From NCBI RefSeq assembly GCF_009914755.1, contig NC_060928.1: a stretch of DNA of 64,000 nucleotides. The stretch is one strand, 5' to 3'. A model generated the notes under the pieces. That model saw only the letters and a program-made list of their open reading frames with translations, had not been told where the DNA came from and made no database searches. The stretch is from the human T2T-CHM13v2.0 reference genome, Homo sapiens. Of this stretch, positions 38,906-51,100 are shown one piece after another (position 1 is the stretch's first letter; each line of letters begins with the position of its first letter). The translations under genes were made by a program, and so were the position numbers.

Positions 38906-41900
38906 CATCCTCAGAAACTTATTTGTGATGTGTGTCCTCAACTAACAGAGTTGAAACTTTGTTTTGATACAGCATTTTGGAAACTCTTTTTGTAGAATCT
39001 GCAGGTGGATATTTGGATAGCTTAGAGAGATTAGTTGGAAAGGGGATATCTTCATATAAAATCTAGACAGAAGCATTCTCAGAAACTTATTTGTGATGTG
39101 TGTCCTCAACTAACAGAGTTGAACCTTGGTTTTGATACAGCATTTTGGAAACACTCCTTTTGTAGAATCTGCAGGTGGATATGTGGATAGCTCTGAAGAT
39201 TTCGTTGGAAACGGGAATTTCTTCATATAAAATCAAACAGAAGCATTCTCAGAAACTTCTCAGTGATGTTTGCATTCAGCTCATGGAGTTGAACACTTCC
39301 TTTCATAGAGCCGGTTTGAAACACTCTTTCTGCACTACCTGGAAGAGGACATTTCGAGCGCTTTGAGTCCTATGGTGAAAAAGGAAATATCTTCTCATAA
39401 AAACCAGAAAGAAGCATTCTCAGAAACTACTTTGTGTTGTGTGTACTCATGTAACAGTGTTGAACCATCCTTTTGACAGAGCAGTTTTGAAATACTCTTT
39501 TTGTAGAATCTGCAAGTGGATATTTGGATAGCTTTGAGGATTTCGTTGGAAACGGGATGACATATAATCTCTAGAGAGAAGCATACTCAGGAACTTCTTT
39601 GTGATGTTTGCATTCAAGTCACAGAATTGAACATTCCCTTTCATAGAACAGGTTTGAAGCACTCTTTCTCTAGTATCTGGAAGTGGGCATTTCAAGCGCT
39701 TTCAGGCCTATGGAGAGAAAGGAAATACCTTCAAATAAAAACTAGACAGAAGCATTCTCAGAAACTTATTTGTGATGTGTGTCCTCAACTAACAGAGTTG
39801 AACCTTTGTTTTGATACAGCATTTTGGAAACACTCCTTTTGTAGAATCTGCAGGTGGATATTTGGATAACTTTGAAGATTTCGTTGGAAACCGGAATATC
39901 TTCATATAAAATCAAGACAGAAGCATTCTCGGAAACATCTCTGTGATGTTTGCATTCAACTCAGTAGAGTTGAACACTTCCTTTCATAGAGCAGGTTTGA
40001 AACACTCTTTCTGCACTACCTGGAAGCGGACATTTCGAGCGCTTTGAGGCCTATGGTGAAAAAGGAAATATCTTCTCATAAAAACCAGAAAGAAGCATTC
40101 TCAGAAACTTCTTTGTGTTGTGTGTACTCAAGTAACAGTGTTGAACCTTCCTTTTGACACAGCAGTTTTGAAACACTCTTTTGGTAGAATCTGCAAGTGG
40201 ATATTTGGATAGCTTTGAGGATTTCGTTGGAAACGGGTTATCTTCATATAAAATCCAGACAGGAGCATTCTCAGAAACTTCTTTGTGCTGCATGTCCTCA
40301 ATTCACAGAGCTGAACCTTTGTTTGGATACAGCATTTTGGAAACATTCCTTTAGTAGAATCTGCAAGTTGATATTTAGATAGCTTTGAAGATTTCGTTGG
40401 AAACGGGAATATCTTCATAGAAAATCTAGACGGAAGCATTCTCAGAAACTGCTTTGTGATGTTTGCATTCAAGTCACAGAGTTGAATATTCCCTTTTATA
40501 GAGTAGGTTTGAAACACTCTTTCGGCACTACCTGGAAGTGGATATTTCGAGCTCTTTGAGGCCTATGGTTAAAAGGAAATATCTTCCCATAAAAACTAGA
40601 CAGAAGCCGTCTCAGAAACTTGTTTGTGATGTGTGTATTCAACTAACGGAGTTGAACATTTCTGTTACAGAGCAATTTTAAAACACTCTTTTTGTGGAAT
40701 CTGAAAGTGGATAATTGGATAGCTTTGTGGATTTCGTTGGAAACGGGATGACGTATAAAATCTAGAGAGAAGCATTCTCAGGAACTTCTTTCTGATGTTT
40801 GCATTCAAGTCACAGAATTCAACATTCCTTTTCATAGTGCAGGTTTGAAACACTCTTTCTGTAGTATCTGGAAGTGGACATTTCAAGCGCTTTCAGGCCT
40901 ACGGGGAGAAAGGAAATATCTTCAAATAAAAACTAGACAGAAGGATTCTCAGAAACTTATTTGTGATGTGTGTCCTAAACGAACACAGTTGAACCTTTGT
41001 TTTGATACAGCATTTTGGAAACACTCCTTTTGTAGGATCTGCAGGTGGATATTTGGATAGATTTTAAGATTTCGTTGGAAACGGGAGTTTCTTCATAGAA
41101 ACTCAAGACAGATGCATTCTCAGAAACATCTCTGTGATGTTTGCATTCCACTCATAGAGTTGAAAACTTCCTTTCATAGAGCAGGTTTGAAACACTCTTT
41201 TTGTAATATTTGGAAGTGGACATTTGCAGCACTTTGAGGCCTATGGTGAAAAAGGAAATATCTTCTCATAAAAACCAGAAACAAGCATTCTCAGAAACTT
41301 CTTTTTGATGTGTGTACTCAAGTAACAGAGTTGAACCTTCCTTTTGACACAGCAGTTTTGAAACAATCTTTTTGTAGAATCTGCAAGTGGATATTTGGAT
41401 AGCTTTGAGGATTTCGTTGGAAACGGGATATCTTCATATAAAATCTAGACAGAAGCATTCTCAGAAACTTCTTTGTGCTGTATGCCCTCAATTAACAGAG
41501 TTGAACCATTGCTTGGATACAGCATTTTGGAAACATTCCTTGAGTAGAACTGCAAGTTGATATTTAGATAGATTTGAAGATTTCGTTGGAAAAGGGAATA
41601 TCTCCATATAAAATCTAGAGGGAAGCATTCTCAGAAACTGCTTTGTGATGTTTCCATTCAAGTCACAGAGTTGAATATTCCCTTTTATAGAGCACGTTTG
41701 AAACACTCTTTCTGCACTATCTGGAAGTGGACATTTCGAGCGCTTTGAGGCCTATGGTGAAAAAGGAAATATCTTCCCATAAAAACTAGACAGAAGCATT
41801 CTCAGAAACTTGTTTGTGATGTGTGTATTCAACTAACAGAGTTGAACTTTTGTTTTTACAGAGCCGTTTTAAAACACTCTTTTTGTGGAATCAGAAAGTG

Positions 41901-42134
41901 GATATTCGGATGGCTCTGAGGATTTCGTTGGAAGCGGGATTACATATAAAATCTAGAGAGAAGCATTCTCAGGAACTTCTTTGTGATGTTTGCATTGAAG
42001 TCACAGAATTGAACATTCACTTTGATAGAGCAGGTTTGAAACACTCATTCTGTAGTATCTGGAAGTGGACATTTCAAGCGCTTTCAGGCCTATGGTGAGA
42101 AAGGAAATATCTTCGAATAAAAACTAGACAGAAG
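38906..42134 (+). repeat. HOR unit H13, 3229 bp (same 2-bp deletion as H7 plus a private 1-bp deletion)
   Basis: GGAAACTCTTTT near 38981; TGAGTAGAACTGC at 41541-41553 versus TGAGTAGAATCTGC. Confidence 0.9.
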
Positions 42135-45100
42135 CATCCTCAGAAACTTATTTGTGATGTGTGTCCTCAACTAACAGAGTTGAAACTTTGTTTTGATACA
42201 GCATTTTGGAAACACTCTTTTTGTAGAATCTGCAGGTGGATATTTGGATAGCTTAGAGGGATTCGTTGGAAAGGGGATATCTTCATATAAAATCTAGACA
42301 GAAGCATTCTCAGAAACTTATTTGTGATGTGTGTCCTCAACTAACAGAGTTGAACCTTGGTTTTGATACAGCATTTTGGAAACGCTCCTTTTGTAGAATC
42401 TGCAGGTGGATATGTGGATAGCTCTGAAGATTTCGTTGGAAACGGGAATTTCTTCATATAAAATCAAACAGAAGCATTCTCAGAAACTTCTCAGTGATGT
42501 TTGCATTCAGCTCATGGAGTTGAACACTTCCTTTCATAGAACCGGTTTGAAACACTCTTTCTGCACTACCTGGAAGAGGACATTTCGAGCGCTTTGAGTC
42601 CTATGGTGAAAAAGGAAATATCTTCTCATAAAAACCAGAAAGAAGCATTCTCAGAAACTTCTTTGTGTTGTGTGTACTCATGTAACAGTGTTGAACCATC
42701 CTTTTGACAGAGCAGTTTTGAAACACTCTTTTTGTAGAATCTGCAAGTGGATATTTGGATAGCTTTGAGGATTTCGTTGGAAACGGGATGACATATAATA
42801 TCTAGAGAGAAGCATTCTCAGGAACTTCTTTGTGATGTTTGCATTCAAGTCACAGAATTGAACATTCCCTTTCATAGAGCAGGTTTGAAACACTCTTTCT
42901 CTAGTATCTGGAAGTGGGCATTTCAAGCGCTTTCAGGCCTATGGAGAGAAAGGAAATACCTTCAAATAAAAACTAGACAGAAGCATTCTCAGAAACTTAT
43001 TTGTGATGTGTGTCCTCAACTAACAGAGTTGAACCTTTGTTTTGATACAGCATTTTGGAAACACTCCTTTTGTAGAATCTGCAGGTGGATATTTGGATAG
43101 CTTTGAAGATTTCATTGGAAACCGGAATATCTTCATATAAAATCAAGACAGAAGCATTCTCGGAAACATCTCTGTGATGTTTGCATTCAACTCAGTAGAG
43201 TTGAACACTTCCTTTCATAGAGCCGGTTTGAAACACTCTTTCTGCACTACCTGGAAGCGGACATTTCGAGCGCTTTGAGGCCTATGGTGAAAAAGGAAAT
43301 ATCTTCTCATAAAAACCAGAAAGAAGCATTCTCAGAAACTTCTTTGTGTTGTGTGTACTCAAGTAACAGTGTTGAACCTTCCTTTTGACACAGCAGTTTT
43401 GAAACACTCTTTTGGTAGAATCTGCAAGTGGATATTTGGATAGCTTTGAGGATTTCGTTGGAAACGGGTTATCTTCATATAAAATCCAGACAGGAGCATT
43501 CTCAGAAACTTCTTTGTGCTGCATGTCCTCAATTCACAGAGCTGAACCTTTGTTTGGATACAGCATTTTGGAAACATTCCTTTAGTAGAATCTGCAAGTT
43601 GATATTTAGATAGCTTTGAAGATTTCGTTGGAAACGGGAATATCTTCATAGAAAATCTAGACGGAAGCATTCTCAGAAACTGCTTTGTGATGTTTGCATT
43701 CAAGTCACAGAGTTGAATATTCCCTTTTATAGAGTAGGTTTGAAACACTCTTTCGGCACTACCTGGAAGTGGATATTTCGAGCTCTTTGAGGCCTATGGT
43801 TAAAAGGAAATATCTTCCCATAAAAACTAGACAGAAGCCGTCTCAGAAACTTGTTTGTGATGTGTGTATTCAACTAACAGAGTTGAACATTTCTGTTACA
43901 GAGCAATTTTAAAACACTCTTTTTGTGGAATCTGAAAGTGGATAATTGGATAGCTTTGTGGATTTCGTTGGAAACGGGATGACGTATAAAATCTAGAGAG
44001 AAGCATTCTCAGGAACTTCTTTCTGATGTTTGCATTCAAGTCACAGAATTGAACATTCCTTTTCATAGTGCAGGTTTGAAACACTCTTTCTGTAGTATCT
44101 GGAAGTGGACATTTCAAGCGCTTTCAGGCCTACGGGGAGAAAGGAAATATCTTCAAATAAAAACTAGACAGAAGGATTCTCAGAAACTTATTTGTGATGC
44201 GTGTCCTAAACGAACACAGTTGAACCTTTGTTTTGATACAGCATTTTGGAAACACTCCTTTTGTAGGATCTGCAGGTGGATATTTGGATAGATTTTAAGA
44301 TTTCGTTGGAAACGGGAGTTTCTTCATAGAAACTCAAGACAGATGCATTCTCAGAAACATCTCTGTGATGTTTGCATTCCACTCATAGAGTTGAAAACTT
44401 CCTTTCATAGAGCAGGTTTGAAACACTCTTTTTGTAATATTTGGAAGTGGACATTTGCAGCGCTTTGAGGCCTATGGTGAAAAAGGAAATATCTTCTCAT
44501 AAAAACCAGAAACAAGCATTCTCAGAAACTTCTTTTTGATGTGTGTACTCAAGTAACAGAGTTGAACCTTCCTTTTGACACAGCAGTTTTGAAACAATCT
44601 TTTTGTAGAATCTGCAAGTGGATATTTGGATAGCTTTGAGGATTTCGTTGGAAACGGGATATCTTCATATAAAATCTAGACAGAAGCATTCTCAGAAACT
44701 TCTTTGTGCTGTATGTCCTCAATTAACAGAGTTGAACCATTGCTTGGATACAGCATTTTGGAAACATTCCTTGAGTAGAATCTGCAAGTTGATATTTAGA
44801 TAGATTTGAAGATTTCATTGGAAAAGGGAATATCTCCATATAAAATCTAGAGGGAAGCATTCTCAGAAACTGCTTTGTGATGTTTCCATTCAAGTCACAG
44901 AGTTGAATATTCCCTTTTATAGAGCACGTTTGAAACACTCTTTCTGCACTATCTGGAAGTGGACATTTCGAGCGCTTTGAGGCCTATGGTGAAAAAGGAA
45001 ATATCTTCCCATAAAAACTAGACAGAAGCATTCTCAGAAACTTGTTTGTGATGTGTGTATTCAACTAACAGAGTTGAACTTTTGTTTTTACAGAGCCGTT

Positions 45101-48100
45101 TTAAAACACTCTTTTTGTGGAATCAGAAAGTGGATATTCGGATGGCTCTGAGGATTTCGTTGGAAGCGGGATTACATATAAAATCTAGAGAGAAGCATTC
45201 TCAGGAACTTCTTTGTGATGTTTGCATTGAAGTCACAGAATTGAACATTCACTTTGATAGAGCAGGTTTGAAACACTCATTCTGTAGTATCTGGAAGTGG
45301 ACATTTCAAGCGCTTTCAGGCCTATGGTGAGAAAGGAAATATCTTCGAATAAAAACTAGACAGAAGCATCCTCAGAAACTTATTTGTGATGTGTGTCCTC
45401 AACTAACAGAGTTGAAACTTTGTTTTGATACAGCATTTTGGAAACACTCTTTTTGTAGAATCTGCAGGTGGATATTTGGATAGCTTAGAGGGATTCGTTG
45501 GAAAGGGGATATCTTCATATAAAATCTAGACAGAAGCATTCTCAGAAACTTATTTGTGATGTGTGTCCTCAACTAACAGAGTTGAACCTTGGTTTTGATA
45601 CAGCATTTTGGAAACGCTCCTTTTGTAGAATCTGCAGGTGGATATGTGGATAGCTCTGAAGATTTCGTTGGAAACGGGAATTTCTTCATATAAAATCAAA
45701 CAGAAGCATTCTCAGAAACTTCTCAGTGATGTTTGCATTCAGCTCATGGAGTTGAACACTTCCTTTCATAGAACCGGTTTGAAACACTCTTTCTGCACTA
45801 CCTGGAAGAGGACATTTCGAGCGCTTTGAGTCCTATGGTGAAAAAGGAAATATCTTCTCATAAAAACCAGAAAGAAGCATTCTCAGAAACTTCTTTGTGT
45901 TGTGTGTACTCATGTAACAGTGTTGAACCATCCTTTTGACAGAGCAGTTTTGAAACACTCTTTTTGTAGAATCTGCAAGTGGATATTTGGATAGCTTTGA
46001 GGATTTCGTTGGAAACGGGATGACATATAATATCTAGAGAGAAGCATTCTCAGGAACTTCTTTGTGATGTTTGCATTCAAGTCACAGAATTGAACATTCC
46101 CTTTCATAGAGCAGGTTTGAAACACTCTTTCTCTAGTATCTGGAAGTGGGCATTTCAAGCGCTTTCAGGCCTATGGAGAGAAAGGAAATACCTTCAAATA
46201 AAAACTAGACAGAAGCATTCTCAGAAACTTATTTGTGATGTGTGTCCTCAACTAACAGAGTTGAACCTTTGTTTTGATACAGCATTTTGGAAACACTCCT
46301 TTTGTAGAATCTGCAGGTGGATATTTGGATAACTTTGAAGATTTCATTGGAAACCGGAATATCTTCATATAAAATCAAGACAGAAGCATTCTCGGAAACA
46401 TCTCTGTGATGTTTGCATTCAACTCAGTAGAGTTGAACACTTCCTTTCATAGAGCCGGTTTGAAACACTCTTTCTGCACTACCTGGAAGCGGACATTTCG
46501 AGCGCTTTGAGGCCTATGGTGAAAAAGGAAATATCTTCTCATAAAAACCAGAAAGAAGCATTCTCAGAAACTTCTTTGTGTTGTGTGTACTCAAGTAACA
46601 GTGTTGAACCTTCCTTTTGACACAGCAGTTTTGAAACACTCTTTTGGTAGAATCTGCAAGTGGATATTTGGATAGCTTTGAGGATTTCGTTGGAAACGGG
46701 TTATCTTCATATAAAATCCAGACAGGAGCATTCTCAGAAACTTCTTTGTGCTGCATGTCCTCAATTCACAGAGCTGAACCTTTGTTTGGATACAGCATTT
46801 TGGAAACATTCCTTTAGTAGAATCTGCAAGTTGATATTTAGATAGCTTTGAAGATTTCGTTGGAAACGGGAATATCTTCATAGAAAATCTAGACGGAAGC
46901 ATTCTCAGAAACTGCTTTGTGATGTTTGCATTCAAGTCACAGAGTTGAATATTCCCTTTTATAGAGTAGGTTTGAAACACTCTTTCGGCACTACCTGGAA
47001 GTGGATATTTCGAGCTCTTTGAGGCCTATGGTTAAAAGGAAATATCTTCCCATAAAAACTAGACAGAAGCCGTCTCAGAAACTTGTTTGTGATGTGTGTA
47101 TTCAACTAACAGAGTTGAACATTTCTGTTACAGAGCAATTTTAAAACACTCTTTTTGTGGAATCTGAAAGTGGATAATTGGATAGCTTTGTGGATTTCGT
47201 TGGAAACGGGATGACGTATAAAATCTAGAGAGAAGCATTCTCAGGAACTTCTTTGTGATGTTTGCATTCAAGTCACAGAATTGAACATTCCTTTTCATAG
47301 AGCAGGTTTGAAACACTCTTTCTCTAGTATCTGGAAGTGGGCATTTCAAGCGCTTTCAGGCCTATGGAGAGAAAGGAAATACCTTCAAATAAAAACTAGA
47401 CAGAAGCATTCTCAGAAACTTATTTGTGATGTGTGTCCTCAACTAACAGAGTTGAACCTTTGTTTTGATACAGCATTTTGGAAACACTCCTTTTGTAGGA
47501 TCTGCAGGTGGATATTTGGATAGATTTTAAGATTTCGTTGGAAACGGGAGTTTCTTCATAGAAACTCAAGACAGATGCATTCTCAGAAACATCTCTGTGA
47601 TGTTTGCATTCCACTCATAGATTTGAAAACTTCCTTTCATAGAGCAGGTTTGAAACACTCTTTTTGTAATATTTGGAAGTGGACATTTGCAGCGCTTTGA
47701 GGCCTATGGTGAAAAAGGAAATATCTTCTCATAAAAACAAGAAACAAGCATTCTCAGAAACTTCTTTTTGATGTGTGTACTCAAGTAACAGAGTTGAACC
47801 TTCCTTTTGACACAGCAGTTTTGAAACAATCTTTTTGTAGAATCTGCAAGTGGATATTTGGATAGCTTTGAGGATTTCGTTGGAAACGGGATATCTTCAT
47901 ATAAAATCTAGACAGAAGCTTTCTCAGAAACTTCTTTGTGCTGTATGTCCTCAATTAACAGAGTTGAACCATTGCTTGGATACAGCATTTTGGAAACATT
48001 CCTTGAGTAGAATCTGCAAGTTGATATTTAGATAGATTTGAAGATTTCGTTGGAAAAGGGAATATCTCCATATAAAATCTAGAGGGAAGCATTCTCAGAA

Positions 48101-51100
48101 ACTGCTTTGTGATGTTTCCATTCAAGTCACAGAGTTGAATATTCCCTTTTATAGAGCACGTTTGAAACACTCTTTCTGCACTATCTGGAAGTGGACATTT
48201 CGAGCGCTTTGAGGCCTATGGTGAAAAAGGAAATATCTTCCCATAAAAACTAGACAGAAGCATTCTCAGAAACTTGTTTGTGATGTGTGTATTCAACTAA
48301 CAGAGTTGAACTTTTGTTTTTACAGAGCCGTTTTAAAACACTCTTTTTGTGGAATCAGAAAGTGGATATTCGGATGGCTCTGAGGATTTCGTTGGAAGCG
48401 GGATTACATATAAAATCTAGAGAGAAGCATTCTCAGGAACTTCTTTGTGATGTTTGCATTGAAGTCACAGAATTGAACATTCACTTTGATAGAGCAGGTT
48501 TGAAACACTCATTCTGTAGTATCTGGAAGTGGACATTTCAAGCGCTTTCAGGCCTATGGTGAGAAAGGAAATATCTTCGAATAAAAACTAGACAGAATCA
48601 TCCTCAGAAACTTATTTGTGATGTGTGTCCTCAACTAACAGAGTTGAAACTTTGTTTTGATACAGCATTTTGGAAACACTCTTTTTGTAGAATCTGCAGG
48701 TGGATATTTGGATAGCTTAGAGGGATTCGTTGGAAAGGGGATATCTTCATATAAAATCTAGACAGAAGCATTCTCAGAAACTTATTTGTGATGTGTGTCC
48801 TCAACTAACAGAGTTGAACCTTGGTTTTGATACAGCATTTTGGAAACACTCCTTTTGTAGAATCTGCAGGTGGATATGTGGATAGCTCTGAAGATTTCGT
48901 TGGAAACGGGAATTTCTTCATATAAAATCAAACAGAAGCATTCTCAGAAACTTCTCAGTGATGTTTGCATTCAGCTCATGGAGTTGAACACTTCCTTTCA
49001 TAGAGCCGGTTTGAAACACTCTTTCTGCACTACCTGGAAGAGGACATTTCGAGCGCTTTGAGTCCTATGGTGAAAAAGGAAATATCTTCTCATAAAAACC
49101 AGAAAGAAGCATTCTCAGAAACTTCTTTGTGTTGTGTGTACTCATGTAACAGTGTTGAACCATCCTTTTGACAGAGCAGTTTTGAAACACTCTTTTTGTA
49201 GAATCTGCAAGTGGATATTTGGATAGCTTTGAGGATTTCGTTGGAAACGGGATGACATATAATATCTAGAGAGAAGCATACTCAGGAACTTCTTTGTGAT
49301 GTTTGCATTCAAGTCACAGAATTGAACATTCCCTTTCATAGAGCAGGTTTGAAACACTCTTTCTCTAGTATCTGGAAGTGGGCATTTCAAGCGCTTTCAG
49401 GCCTATGGAGAGAAAGGAAATACCTTCAAATAAAAACTAGACAGAAGCATTCTCAGAAACTTATTTGTGATGTGTGTCCTCAACTAACAGAGTTGAACCT
49501 TTGTTTTGATACAGCATTTTGGAAACACTCCTTTTGTAGAATCTGCAGGTGGATATTTGGATAACTTTGAAGATTTCGTTGGAAACCGGAATATCTTCAT
49601 ATAAAATCAAGACAGAAGCATTCTCGGAAACATCTCTGTGATGTTTGCATTCAACTCAGTAGAGTTGAACACTTCCTTTCATAGAGCAGGTTTGAAACAC
49701 TCTTTCTGCACTACCTGGAAGCGGACATTTCGAGCGCTTTGAGGCCTATGGTGAAAAAGGAAATATCTTCTCATAAAAACCAGAAAGAAGCATTCTCAGA
49801 AACTTCTTTGTGTTGTGTGTACTCAAGTAACAGTGTTGAACCTTCCTTTTGACACAGCAGTTTTGAAACACTCTTTTGGTAGAATCTGCAAGTGGATATT
49901 TGGATAGCTTTGAGGATTTCGTTGGAAACGGGTTATCTTCATATAAAATCCAGACAGGAGCATTCTCAGAAACTTCTTTGTGCTGCATGTCCTCAATTCA
50001 CAGAGCTGAACCTTTGTTTGGATACAGCATTTTGGAAACATTCCTTTAGTAGAATCTGCAAGTTGATATTTAGATAGCTTTGAAGATTTCGTTGGAAACG
50101 GGAATATCTTCATAGAAAATCTAGACGGAAGCATTCTCAGAAACTGCTTTGTGATGTTTGCATTCAAGTCACAGAGTTGAATATTCCCTTTTATAGAGTA
50201 GGTTTGAAACACTCTTTCGGCACTACCTGGAAGTGGATATTTCGAGCTCTTTGAGGCCTATGGTTAAAAGGAAATATCTTCCCATAAAAACTAGACAGAA
50301 GCCGTCTCAGAAACTTGTTTGTGATGTGTGTATTCAACTAACAGAGTTGAACATTTCTGTTACAGAGCAATTTTAAAACACTCTTTTTGTGGAATCTGAA
50401 AGTGGATAATTGGATAGCTTTGTGGATTTCGTTGGAAACGGGATGACGTATAAAATCTAGAGAGAAGCATTCTCAGGAACTTCTTTCTGATGTTTGCATT
50501 CAAGTCACAGAATTGAACATTCCTTTTCATAGTGCAGGTTTGAAACACTCTTTCTGTAGTATCTGGAAGTGGACATTTCAAGCGCTTTCAGGCCTACGGG
50601 GAGAAAGGAAATATCTTCAAATAAAAACTAGACAGAAGGATTCTCAGAAACTTATTTGTGATGCGTGTCCTAAACGAACACAGTTGAACCTTTGTTTTGA
50701 TACAGCATTTTGGAAACACTCCTTTTGTAGGATCTGCAGGTGGATATTTGGATAGATTTTAAGATTTCGTTGGAAACGGGAGTTTCTTCATAGAAACTCA
50801 AGACAGATGCATTCTCAGAAACATCTCTGTGATGTTTGCATTCCACTCATAGAGTTGAAAACTTCCTTTCATAGAGCAGGTTTGAAACACTCTTTTTGTA
50901 ATATTTGGAAGTGGACATTTGCAGCGCTTTGAGGCCTATGGTGAAAAAGGAAATATCTTCTCATAAAAACCAGAAACAAGCATTCTCAGAAACTTCTTTT
51001 TGATGTGTGTACTCAAGTAACAGAGTTGAACCTTCCTTTTGACACAGCAGTTTTGAAACAATCTTTTTGTAGAATCTGCAAGTGGATATTTGGATAGCTT

